Origin: Candidatus Falkowbacteria bacterium RIFOXYC2_FULL_36_12
GTDB taxonomy: Bacteria; Patescibacteriota; Patescibacteriia; UBA11705
Length of the DNA stretch: 64,000 bases
Direction of reading: 5' to 3'
Assembly (NCBI GenBank): GCA_001778235.1
Contig: MFGJ01000001.1
Coordinates: forward strand, 165,605-229,604
The notes beneath the pieces are model-generated. The model ran no database searches. It saw nothing but the letters and a program-made list of their open reading frames with translations, and was not told the DNA's origin. Positions 20,585-29,917 of this stretch are shown here, piece by piece; the stretch's first letter is position 1; every line of letters starts with the position of its first letter. The translations under genes were made by a program, and so were the position numbers.

Positions 20585-21436
20585 ATGAGATTATTAATTG
20601 TAGGGCCTGATACGCAGGAAAATAGGATGATTGTGCAGGAGGCAAAAGACAGAGGACATGAAGTTTATAGAATATCAATTACAAGATTGAGTTTCATAAT
20701 GGCGAATGGTGATTTCAAAGTTTTTTTCAATAAAAAAGAGTTGAAGGGAATTGATGCTTGTTTAATTCGTGGGGTAAGCCCTCATTTTGCTAAAGCAATA
20801 ACGCTGGCCAAGACATTGCATCGGCAAGGGACAAGGGTTGTTGACCGGGAGCTTTACCAAAAAGTTTATGCTTTAAATAAAATGTTTACGTATTCTGGAT
20901 TGAGCTATCATGGTTTGCCTTGTTTGCCATCATATTATTTTTCAAATAATGAGGAATTTAATAATTATAAGAAAAAATTGAAATTTCCAGTGTTGGTTAA
21001 GGATATTAATGGAATGCACGGCAGAAATATTTTTTTCAAATATTCATTGAAGGAATTGGAAGATTTTTTCAACTGGAGAAAAATTAATAAATATTTTATA
21101 CAAAAATTTGTCGACTCGGAATATTATTACCGCGTGCTGGTGGTGGGGAAAAAGGTCCTTGGTGCAATGAAAAGAAATACACTAAAAAGTATTAGAAGAA
21201 AAAGAATTCCTTTAGCAAAGAGATCACATTACAGTAAACTGACAAGAGAATTAAAGCGGTTAGGTAAAAAAGCCGCAAAGGCAACTAATTCAGATATTGC
21301 AGGAGTTGATATTATTTATGATGGCGATAAGCCATATATTCTAGAGGTGAACAGATCACCACAGTTTAAAAGGTTTACGCAAATTATGCAGGTAAAAGTG
21401 GCTGAAGAAATTGTTAAATACATAGAAAAATATTAA
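20585..21436 (+). CDS. RimK-family ATP-grasp ligase
   Basis: FPVLVK...G.HG, IQKFV, YRVLVVG, IAGVD, LEVNRSPQF motifs. Confidence 0.85.
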   Translation: MRLLIVGPDTQENRMIVQEAKDRGHEVYRISITRLSFIMANGDFKVFFNKKELKGIDACLIRGVSPHFAKAITLAKTLHRQGTRVVDRELYQKVYALNKMFTYSGLSYHGLPCLPSYYFSNNEEFNNYKKKLKFPVLVKDINGMHGRNIFFKYSLKELEDFFNWRKINKYFIQKFVDSEYYYRVLVVGKKVLGAMKRNTLKSIRRKRIPLAKRSHYSKLTRELKRLGKKAAKATNSDIAGVDIIYDGDKPYILEVNRSPQFKRFTQIMQVKVAEEIVKYIEKY

Positions 21437-21439
21437 TAT

Positions 21440-22408
21440 ATGAAAATTTCTCCATATTCAAGAGTTTTAATCAGAGAGGCAAAGAAGTTTGGAATAAAAA
21501 TACACCCTGTTGGTGAAGCAGGGAAAATGTTTATATTGCGTAGAGGAGAAAAGCATACTTTTATTTATCAATCATTAACAGAGCTGACAAGTGACCCAAT
21601 GTATAAGATTTCGGCAAATAAATATTTAACTAATTTTACACTGAAAAAGTTTGGATTGCCAATCACAAATTTTAAACTGGGAAAAGATATAAATGATGCT
21701 AAAAAATTTCTGAAAAAATACAAAAAGATTGTTATAAAACCATTGTCAGCCAATCAGGGTAAGGGAATTACTATTGGTATAAAGAAAGCCAGTGAATTGC
21801 AAGAAGCGATTGATGGGGCTCTGAAATATACTGTAAGAAATAAGTTGGATAGCACTTACAAGAAAAATTTTTTATTGGAGAAGGCGGTGCCCGGTGATGA
21901 TCACCGTCTGTTAGTGATTAATTTCAAAATTGTTTTTGCGATAAAAAAAATTCCTGCGTATGTCGTAGGTGATGGTGAAGGTACAATTAAACAATTGATT
22001 GAGAAAAAGAATATTTTAAAATTAAAACATAAAAAGCCAATAATAATTGACGAGACATTGAGACATGTTTTGGCAAGGCAAGATTTGAGATTGAGAGATG
22101 TGCCTAAACTTGGTCAAAAAATATTTGTTCGAAGAACAGCAAATCTGGCAACGGGTGGTGAATCAATTGATATAACAGATGATCTTAATCCCAAGATAAA
22201 AAAAATGGCGATTCAGGCGGCGAAAATAATGAAAATGCCTGTGGCTGGGTTTGATTTTATGTGTAGAGATTATACAAAATCAAAAGGGTTTTTTATCGAG
22301 GTAAATCCAATCCCGGGGTTGATGATTCATCATTTTCCACATATAGGAAAGCCGAGAAATCCTGCTAGAGAAATAATAAAAATGTTAATAAAAAAGAAAT
22401 TGATATGA
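21440..22408 (+). CDS. ATP-grasp ligase, cyanophycin synthetase/GshAB-like
   Basis: VIKP....QGKGIT, PAYVVGDG, ANLATGG, IEVN..PGL..HHFP. Confidence 0.8.
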   Translation: MKISPYSRVLIREAKKFGIKIHPVGEAGKMFILRRGEKHTFIYQSLTELTSDPMYKISANKYLTNFTLKKFGLPITNFKLGKDINDAKKFLKKYKKIVIKPLSANQGKGITIGIKKASELQEAIDGALKYTVRNKLDSTYKKNFLLEKAVPGDDHRLLVINFKIVFAIKKIPAYVVGDGEGTIKQLIEKKNILKLKHKKPIIIDETLRHVLARQDLRLRDVPKLGQKIFVRRTANLATGGESIDITDDLNPKIKKMAIQAAKIMKMPVAGFDFMCRDYTKSKGFFIEVNPIPGLMIHHFPHIGKPRNPAREIIKMLIKKKLI

Positions 22409-23349
22409 AAAGTTTGCATGTAAAACTCCTAAAGGAAACAGCAAAACAGCTAGGATTAAAGTTCAAATCTTATGATGGTGAAAATGTTTTGCATGAAGTA
22501 AGTAATGGAAAGAAAAGTTTTTTAATTGATCGTTCTGCGACTGAACTGACGAGCAGGTTGGGCTATATTTTGGCGGACAATAAACATTTGACAATTTCAG
22601 CATTGAATAAATTTGATATTCCGGTACCGCAACAAAGAATGGTAAAAAAGTATCAGGATAGTTTGGCTTTTTTCAAAAAAAATAAACCAATAGTAGTAAA
22701 ACCTAACAAATGTTCTCTGGGAAAAGGGGTGACGGTAAATGTGAAGACTTTAGAAGATTTGAAAAAGGCTTTTCATTATGCAAAAAGATATGATAGTAGA
22801 GTCTTGGTAGAAGAATTTATCCCAGGTGAAGATTATCGTTTTACAGTGATTGATTACAAACAGGTTTATGTGGTGAAGAGAATTCCAGCTTTTGTAATTG
22901 GAGATGGCAAACATAGCATTCTATATTTAATTAAACAAAAAAATAAGGTGAAAAAATCTTATAAAAAAGATATAAAAACTAATGAAAAAACAATTGAGAT
23001 CTTGAAAGAAAAAAAATTGACTTTGAGATCTATTCCAGCAAAAGATGAGATTGTTTATTTGCGGAAGGCGGCTAATATTGCTGAAGGGGGAACCAGTATT
23101 GATTTTACTGATATTGCTTCAAAGCCGTTAAAGGATTTGGCAATTGCTGCTTGCCGTGTTCTTCATTTGCCAGTGGCGGGGATTGATATTCTGACTGAAA
23201 ATATCAATGGTGATAAGGGCGTTATAATTGAAGTAAATCCTAGACCACACATAATTTTGCATCATTATCCGCATGAGGGTGAATCAAGATATCCAGCTAG
23301 AGATATTTATAATATGTTATTTGGAAAAAAATTAAAATTGAGAAAATAA
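22405..23349 (+). CDS. ATP-grasp ligase, cyanophycin synthetase/GshAB-like
   Basis: VVKP...SLGKGVT, EEFIPGEDYR, PAFVIGDG, IEVNPRP...HHYP. Confidence 0.8.
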   Translation: MKSLHVKLLKETAKQLGLKFKSYDGENVLHEVSNGKKSFLIDRSATELTSRLGYILADNKHLTISALNKFDIPVPQQRMVKKYQDSLAFFKKNKPIVVKPNKCSLGKGVTVNVKTLEDLKKAFHYAKRYDSRVLVEEFIPGEDYRFTVIDYKQVYVVKRIPAFVIGDGKHSILYLIKQKNKVKKSYKKDIKTNEKTIEILKEKKLTLRSIPAKDEIVYLRKAANIAEGGTSIDFTDIASKPLKDLAIAACRVLHLPVAGIDILTENINGDKGVIIEVNPRPHIILHHYPHEGESRYPARDIYNMLFGKKLKLRK

Positions 23350-23361
23350 TCTAAAAAAAAT

Positions 23362-26229
23362 ATGCCATTCCCACAATTTAAAAAGGTTAGTAACCATCAG
23401 CCATACAATGATGATAATTTGATGGTAAAAAAAACAAAGAAAAAAAAGAAGTTGATAAAAATTTTATTGCGTTATGGTGTAATGGCTGGAGCGGTTTTGC
23501 TGATACTAATTGTGGCGCTGTTTGCTTGGTTTTCTCGCGGGTTGCCAAATCCAGATAGAATAATTGATAGAACAATTGCTCAAAGTACTAAAATTTATGA
23601 CAGTAAACAGGAGACTGTGCTGTATGAAATTCATGGTGATGAAAAAAGAACTTTGGTAAAGTTGGACGAAATGCCAGATTATATTCCAAAGGCAACAATC
23701 GCGGTTGAGGACAGGTATTTTTATGATCATCATGGCTTTAATGTTGTAGCGATGATAAAGGGAACATTAATTGATCCTTTACTTGGTAGAGGTGTGCGTG
23801 GAGGTTCGACTTTGACACAGCAGTTAGTAAAAAATGCTATTTTGACCAATGAAAGAAGTATTTCTCGTAAAATAAAAGAGTTTATTTTGTCTTTTCAGAT
23901 TGAAAGTAAATTTACAAAAGATCAGATTTTGCAAATGTATTTGAACGAGATTCCTTATGGTTCAACTGCTTATGGTGTGGCTTCGGCAGCTCAAACTTAT
24001 TTTGGTAAAGAGTTGAAAGATATAACACTTGGTGAAGCAGCGGTTTTGGCAGCTCTGCCACAAGCTCCGACATTTTATTCACCATATGGCAATAATGTTG
24101 ATAGATTGATTGTCAGACAGCAGTATGTTCTTGATCAGATGACTGATCTTGGCTATATCACAAAACAACAGGCTGATGAAGCTAGGTCTGAACAAATTGT
24201 ATTTAGAAAAAAGAGCGAATCAATTCAAGCTCCGCATTTTGTGATGTATGTAAAAGAAAAGTTGGCTGATATGTTTGGTGATAAAATGGTTGAACAGGGT
24301 GGATTGAAAGTGATTACAACACTTGATGTTGAAATGCAGAAAAAAGCTGAAGAAGCGGTAGTGAATGGAGTGGATAGACGAGGTGGTCAATATGGTTTTA
24401 CCAATGCAGCGCTTTTTGCTATGAATCCAAAAGATGGTCATATCTTGGCTATGGTTGGATCAAAAGATTATTTTGATGATACGATTGATGGTAATGTAAA
24501 TGTGACAACTAGACTGCGACAACCTGGGTCTTCTATCAAACCATTGGTTTATGCAGCTGCTTTTAATAAAGGATATACACCAGAGACAATGCTTTTTGAT
24601 GTTAATACTATTTTCAAAACAGATACCAAGAATTATGAACCTAAGAATTATGATTTGAAGGAAAATGGACCAGTTACAATGAGAAAAGCTTTGCAGGGGT
24701 CTCTAAATATTCCAGCGGTTAAAACTTTGTATTTAGTTGGTATTGATAATATGATTAATTTCCTTGAGATGATGGGATATACTTCATTTCAAGACAGAAG
24801 TCGGTTTGGTTTAGCCTTGGTTCTTGGTGGAGGTGAAGTAACCTTGGAAGAGCATGTTGCGGCTTTTTCGGTTTTTCCTAATGAAGGTATTTACAGAGAA
24901 TCAGTAGCAATCCTGAAAGTAGAGGATGCAAACGGAGAAGTTTTGTTTGAAGCTAAAGAAAAAGAAAGAAAAGTGCTTGATAAAAATATTGCGAACACAA
25001 TGAATAATGTGTTGTCAGATAATGGGGCTCGAGCCTATATTTTTGGAGCAAATAATTATCTAACAATTTCTGGTCGACCGGTTGGAGCCAAAACAGGAAC
25101 AACCAATGATTATCGCGACGCTTGGACTGTTGGCTATACTCCGTCAATTGCAGCTGGTGTTTGGGTGGGAAACAATAATAATTCTGAAATGAAAAGAGGA
25201 GCAGATGGAAGTGTGATTGCGGCACCGATTTGGAATGAATTTATGTCAGCAGTATTACAGGGTCAACCAGTTGAGTCATTTAATAGTTTTATCCCAGCTA
25301 AAACCGATAAACCAGTATTGAATGGTAATTTCGCCAATGAACAAATTTTGAAGATTGATAAATTTTCCGGTAAATTGGCAACGGATAATACTCCAGCATC
25401 AGCGGTTGAAGAGAAAACTTTTAAGGAAGTTCATAATATATTGCATTATGTAAATAAAGATGATCCACAGGGCGGATATCCAAACACGCCTCAATCTGAT
25501 CAGCAATATTCTAGCTGGGAATCTGGAGTCCAAAAGTGGATTGAGAAACAAAAAACCAGTGATGATCCGGCAAAGAGAGAACAGTTTGATTTTATAAATC
25601 AAGCACCACCAACAGAGTATGATGATGTTCATATTCCAGCAAATAAACCTAGCTTGCAAATATATTCTCCGCAGAACAATGAGACTATTTCCAGTTCAAA
25701 TTTAAATGTAGAAGTAAATGTTTCAGCGCCAAGAGGGATTAGTCGTGTAGAATATTATCTTGATGAACAGTTGATAAATACGGTTTATAGTGCACCATTT
25801 AACCTTAGTTTTAATATAAGTTCTATTTTTGGTAATGGTTATCATAAATTGAAAGTGGTGGTATTTGATGATGTTGATAATAGTGCGGAAGAAGCAATTG
25901 ATATAAATGTTTTGGCTGAACGAAAAGATCCTTCGGTCAATTGGATTAACCCGATTGGCAATAGGAGTCTTTCGGCTGGGGATTTCCCGTTTGTAACGAC
26001 TGTTCAGCTAAATGATGTTTTGGCTTCGAAAAAAATTGATTTTTACTATAACAAAAATGGGAGTTCGGCAACCAGTCTTTATGGCTCTGAAGTGGCCCCA
26101 GGAAACCAGAATATAAGTGTTCCGATGGAATACCCAGGTGAGGCTGGAGTATATGAGCTTAGAGCAATTTTGACCTTGCAGGATAATAGAACTTTTAGTT
26201 CTGGAGTGGTGAAGGTGAAGGTTGATTGA
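23362..26229 (+). CDS. class A penicillin-binding protein (PBP1A family) with C-terminal Ig-like domains
   Basis: GT motifs EDRYFY.H.G and GGSTLTQQ; TP motifs SSIK, SLN, KTG. Confidence 0.92.
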   Translation: MPFPQFKKVSNHQPYNDDNLMVKKTKKKKKLIKILLRYGVMAGAVLLILIVALFAWFSRGLPNPDRIIDRTIAQSTKIYDSKQETVLYEIHGDEKRTLVKLDEMPDYIPKATIAVEDRYFYDHHGFNVVAMIKGTLIDPLLGRGVRGGSTLTQQLVKNAILTNERSISRKIKEFILSFQIESKFTKDQILQMYLNEIPYGSTAYGVASAAQTYFGKELKDITLGEAAVLAALPQAPTFYSPYGNNVDRLIVRQQYVLDQMTDLGYITKQQADEARSEQIVFRKKSESIQAPHFVMYVKEKLADMFGDKMVEQGGLKVITTLDVEMQKKAEEAVVNGVDRRGGQYGFTNAALFAMNPKDGHILAMVGSKDYFDDTIDGNVNVTTRLRQPGSSIKPLVYAAAFNKGYTPETMLFDVNTIFKTDTKNYEPKNYDLKENGPVTMRKALQGSLNIPAVKTLYLVGIDNMINFLEMMGYTSFQDRSRFGLALVLGGGEVTLEEHVAAFSVFPNEGIYRESVAILKVEDANGEVLFEAKEKERKVLDKNIANTMNNVLSDNGARAYIFGANNYLTISGRPVGAKTGTTNDYRDAWTVGYTPSIAAGVWVGNNNNSEMKRGADGSVIAAPIWNEFMSAVLQGQPVESFNSFIPAKTDKPVLNGNFANEQILKIDKFSGKLATDNTPASAVEEKTFKEVHNILHYVNKDDPQGGYPNTPQSDQQYSSWESGVQKWIEKQKTSDDPAKREQFDFINQAPPTEYDDVHIPANKPSLQIYSPQNNETISSSNLNVEVNVSAPRGISRVEYYLDEQLINTVYSAPFNLSFNISSIFGNGYHKLKVVVFDDVDNSAEEAIDINVLAERKDPSVNWINPIGNRSLSAGDFPFVTTVQLNDVLASKKIDFYYNKNGSSATSLYGSEVAPGNQNISVPMEYPGEAGVYELRAILTLQDNRTFSSGVVKVKVD

Positions 26230-26263
26230 ATGAGTCAAATAAGTTGGAAATATGTTGGAAATA

Positions 26264-26293
26264 AAAAAGCCTTACGATTTAGTAAGGTTTTTT
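26264..26293 (+). terminator. bidirectional terminator
   Basis: AAAAAGCCTTAC...GTAAGGTTTTT. Confidence 0.7.
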
Positions 26294-26386
26294 GCTGGAC
26301 TTTACGAAAGATTTAATTTATGCTAAAAATAGGTGTTGATCCTTGATAATATACATTATGATAACCGACCATGGACATGAGGACAG

Positions 26387-26605
26387 ATGTACAAAAGAAA
26401 ATACAAGGTAATTACCAGTATCCTTTTTTTATCAAGTTTTTTTATTTTTTGGATTGGATCGCTGGTAACTATTGTTTATAGAAATCTGGACATTTTACTG
26501 CCGGGTATTTTATGTTCATTTATTTTTGGTGCTGTAGCAAGTTTGATTGATGATGATAAAAATATGTATGAATCGAATAAAATAGCCAATAGAAGAAAGG
26601 AGTGA
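26387..26605 (+). CDS. small membrane protein
   Basis: 2 TM; GAGGA SD. Confidence 0.55.
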   Translation: MYKRKYKVITSILFLSSFFIFWIGSLVTIVYRNLDILLPGILCSFIFGAVASLIDDDKNMYESNKIANRRKE

Positions 26606-26608
26606 AAG

Positions 26609-26833
26609 GTGGAAAAGAATCTGAAATGGTGGCAATGGATTGTTGTTGGTGTGATTGCTAGTTATATGATATTTGCTTTATCCTTTATGTTTGGACTGAT
26701 ATTAGTGTTAATACGAGAATGGATAATACAGCAATTTTGGTCTGGATTAGTAATTGTTTTAATTATTAGTTTGATTGTGAAAAAAACTGTTGATTATTGT
26801 TCTTGTTCGGCAACAGAAGAAAGGGGTGAATGA
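26609..26833 (+). CDS. small membrane protein
   Basis: 2 TM; AAGGAG SD, GTG start. Confidence 0.55.
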   Translation: MEKNLKWWQWIVVGVIASYMIFALSFMFGLILVLIREWIIQQFWSGLVIVLIISLIVKKTVDYCSCSATEERGE

Positions 26834-26898
26834 TGGAAGAAAAAGATGCCAAGAGACAGACTGAAATGGAAAAACAGAATTGGGTGAACTGGTCATGA
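26833..26898 (+). CDS. putative 21-aa mini-ORF MEEKDAKRQTEMEKQNWVNWS
   Basis: TGATG overlap with the upstream gene, ATGA overlap with the downstream gene, GGGGTG SD. Confidence 0.35.
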   Translation: MEEKDAKRQTEMEKQNWVNWS

Positions 26899-27308
26899 AG
26901 CAAGAAAGTAATCAGGTGGTTGAAATGAGTAAAAAAGTAATAGTAATTTCAAATGTTTGCTTGATCGGGATTTTAATTTCAATTCCAGCAATTGCTTTAC
27001 TCCTTTATAATGACTGTTGGCATTCGGCTTTGGCAGTATTTTATCTGCCATTTGTGTTGGTTATAATTAGGCAGAGGTATAGAAGAAATGAAACTGTGGT
27101 TAGAACAATTTATGAACTATTGGAAACGAGTACTTTTTATTTGCTGATAGTGTTCTTGCTTTTTCTGGTGTTGCTTAAAATGGTTTATTTGCTTGTAACC
27201 GTAGTGGTGTTTGGAGTCGTGTGTTGGGTGGGAACGAAAATGAAAGAACATTATGGCTTTATTGATTATTTTGAGGAAAATCAAAATAAAACGGAAATAG
27301 TAGAATAA
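26895..27308 (+). CDS. membrane protein (about 4 TM)
   Basis: hydrophobic ORF; ATG at 26895. Confidence 0.55.
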   Translation: MKQESNQVVEMSKKVIVISNVCLIGILISIPAIALLLYNDCWHSALAVFYLPFVLVIIRQRYRRNETVVRTIYELLETSTFYLLIVFLLFLVLLKMVYLLVTVVVFGVVCWVGTKMKEHYGFIDYFEENQNKTEIVE

Positions 27309-27471
27309 GATTTTCATGAGAATTTGTAATATAAATCTTTACTTCATATAGTGAAGATTTTTTTATAAGGAAAAAGTCAAAATAATTGTTAATGATAGTA
27401 GTATTGACAAATTAATTCAATTATGTTATTATTTAATGTCATTTTGACAAAGGAAAACAAGGGGGGAAGTC

Positions 27472-28125
27472 ATGGAAATCAAGTGTTGCAAGTCAGTGAC
27501 ATTCAAATGGCGGTTGGAATCTTTGCGATACAGATATTGTGTCCCTGCTGAATTTTCAAATGGAGAGTGGACGAATGTTGATTTGGAAAAAGTAATTGAA
27601 GTTGTGTATTTTGGCTTGCTTGAAAAGAATATTGGTAGAGCAAGTATTTGCGAAATTACTCCGACGACTTTGGTCTTGTTCCAGATTCACTATTGTAGTG
27701 AGCAGACGATTTTTGTCAGAGGTAGTGAATATGAGATGAGAGATTTGTTGCAGTTGATTCTCCTCAAAATCAGATGGGAAAAGGAATTTGGTGATCAAGT
27801 GTCAGGTGACACTGGGACTTCGATTGAACGATTCAGACGAGTAGTGGGAGATGATTTGGTGTCACGAGTAACAGTTTCATCGGATAAAATGCAACAAATG
27901 GCAGTACTGATTGGACAGAATGGTAGAGAGTCTTATCGAGTATCATATTCTCACATGATGGCACTGTTCATGTTTCTGGGGTTGACTGATGATGAGATGT
28001 CAAGCTTTTATGAAATGTATTACAATTATGGACAAGGAAAGAATTTGATTCCTTTGGTGATGTGGAAGATTGATGAACCGGATATTTCTCTGGAATTGTT
28101 ACATGAACTCATGACTGCGGTCTAA
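27472..28125 (+). CDS. hypothetical protein
   Basis: 217 aa; TTGACA promoter; G-rich SD. Confidence 0.6.
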   Translation: MEIKCCKSVTFKWRLESLRYRYCVPAEFSNGEWTNVDLEKVIEVVYFGLLEKNIGRASICEITPTTLVLFQIHYCSEQTIFVRGSEYEMRDLLQLILLKIRWEKEFGDQVSGDTGTSIERFRRVVGDDLVSRVTVSSDKMQQMAVLIGQNGRESYRVSYSHMMALFMFLGLTDDEMSSFYEMYYNYGQGKNLIPLVMWKIDEPDISLELLHELMTAV

Positions 28126-28189
28126 TATTAGAGAGCGTGTAAATTATGCGTTCTTTTTTTATTAATAAATTCAGTGATATAATGAATTT

Positions 28190-28741
28190 ATGAATAAAGA
28201 ATTTGAAGCAACAGCTGATTTTGCCAATATTTATAGTAAGATTCTGGATTATCTTGCTCGGCAGGACTATTCCGAAGCTAAACTTCTAGAAAAGGTTTTG
28301 AATTTGCCAAAGTATTATTCAAAGACAAAGAGGTATGAAAACTATACGCGGGAAAATGTTGAAGCTGTAATAGAAGTATTAAAGGAAAAAGGATTGATAG
28401 ATGAAAATAAGTTTCTTGAACGAATGTTGGAGAGGTCGTTGAGTGGAGAGCATGGGCTTAGACGAATTCAACAGAAAATGTATCAGCGAAGGTATAAAAA
28501 AGAAAATATAAAAAAAGTTTTAGATGAGTTTCAGGAAAAAAATATACAATTTGATTTGACGAGAATAAGTGAAAAAACAAAAAAGAAAAAACAGGATTTT
28601 GAAAGAAAATATAAAGGTGATAAAGTAAAGTTGAGTCAGATCAGAGGTAGGTTGTTTCAATTTCTTGGTCAGAAAGGGTATGGGGTTGAGGAAATTAATA
28701 AGGTTTTGAAAGAATTATACCCTGAAATGAATTCAGGGTGA
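28190..28741 (+). CDS. recX: RecX family regulator
   Basis: YLARQDYSE..L..K, L.EKGLIDE.KF, HG.RRI.QKM, FL..KGY three-helix repeats. Confidence 0.7.
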   Translation: MNKEFEATADFANIYSKILDYLARQDYSEAKLLEKVLNLPKYYSKTKRYENYTRENVEAVIEVLKEKGLIDENKFLERMLERSLSGEHGLRRIQQKMYQRRYKKENIKKVLDEFQEKNIQFDLTRISEKTKKKKQDFERKYKGDKVKLSQIRGRLFQFLGQKGYGVEEINKVLKELYPEMNSG

Positions 28742-29070
28742 CAAGTGGGGGTTGGTTGATTATACCCTGAAATCCATCTTCGTTAAAACTTCCGACTACG
28801 CTCTTTTGGGAGCTTCGACGGACAAGTCGATGGACAAGCAAATTCAGAGCCTGCCCTGAATTTAGTTCAGGGGTGACAAGTGGGAGATCCTGAAATCCAT
28901 CTTCGTTAAAACTTCCGACTACGCTCTTTTGGGAGCTTCGACGGACAAGTCGCTGGACAAGCAAGTTCAGAGCCTGCCCTGAATTTAGTTCAGGGATGAC
29001 GAGTGTTGGGTTCAGAGCTTGCCCTGAATTAATTTCAGGGGTGACAAGTGAGGTGTTTAGGGTGACGAAT
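28716..29070. repeat. BIME-like cluster of CCCTGAA..TTCAGGG-TGAC palindromes with nested hairpin inserts
   Basis: internal duplication of about 110 bp; several REP units. Confidence 0.85.
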
Positions 29071-29122
29071 TAATGATATCAGGGTGAGGGTTGGTGGTTG
29101 ATTGTTAAATAAAAATAAATTT

Positions 29123-29734
29123 ATGAAGAAAAAAATGTTGTGGTTTGGATTGATTCTAGTTTTATTAATAATCGGAGTAGCGTTGTATATTTATTTTGTA
29201 ATTGGTCCGCAGTCTTTATGTGATTCAAAAGATGGAAATTGTGTACCTGTAACAAATTTTGAAGAATGTATTGAAGCAGGAAATCCAATTATGGAAAGTT
29301 ATCCTCGTCAATGTCGGAACAATGATCAATTGTTTGTTGAGGAGATCAATGTTAGTAATAATAATGATAAAAATAGTAATTTTATAGAAAAAGAACTAGA
29401 AGACACGGACAAGGAGGAACAATTGGAAAGTCGGGATAGTATGCAGGCAAGAATTGCCACGATCAAATCATGGTTTGAGGAAAATATTGGAACTTATAAG
29501 TTTGATGGAAGTAATTTGAGTTTCAAAGATTTTGAAGAAAGTTCTGATTGTAAAAAAGTTGATGGTTGTGAGGTTATGGTTTTTCAATTTAATTCAAGCC
29601 ATGCAGGATATGGTGATAGAGGTGATAGTGTTTTAGCGCAAGTAATAACAACACATGTAACGGTTTTGAAGGTAAAAAATGGTCAGGTGATTGAGGCAAT
29701 TACGGATAAGAAGTTTGATGAATTGGGTGAGTGA
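29123..29734 (+). CDS. membrane-anchored surface protein with an NFEEC..AGNPIMESYPRQC module
   Basis: N-terminal TM; Cys module of a type I recall from CPR/archaeal surface proteins. Confidence 0.7.
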   Translation: MKKKMLWFGLILVLLIIGVALYIYFVIGPQSLCDSKDGNCVPVTNFEECIEAGNPIMESYPRQCRNNDQLFVEEINVSNNNDKNSNFIEKELEDTDKEEQLESRDSMQARIATIKSWFEENIGTYKFDGSNLSFKDFEESSDCKKVDGCEVMVFQFNSSHAGYGDRGDSVLAQVITTHVTVLKVKNGQVIEAITDKKFDELGE

Positions 29735-29917
29735 ATATAAAGTTGGAAAAATGTTGAAATATTGTAATAGTGAAATAAAGTTGAAAATAGGTTGGAAATA
29801 GAGATAAAATAAAACAGGCTAGAAATTGGCTTGTTTTTATCAACAAAAAGAGGATTGAGAAGCCAGTCAAATTTTGATATAATAGTATTAGCTTAATTAG
29901 CTATTTTTTATTGTTTT

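Noticed and set aside
21440-23349. true cyanophycin synthetase CphA
   Set aside because: Only ~320-aa ATP-grasp portions are present, with no Mur ligase domain and no cyanophycinase nearby.
28695-28964. ORF in the REP cluster, and similar ORFs at 48075-48558 and 15819-16037
   Set aside because: Translations of repeat DNA.
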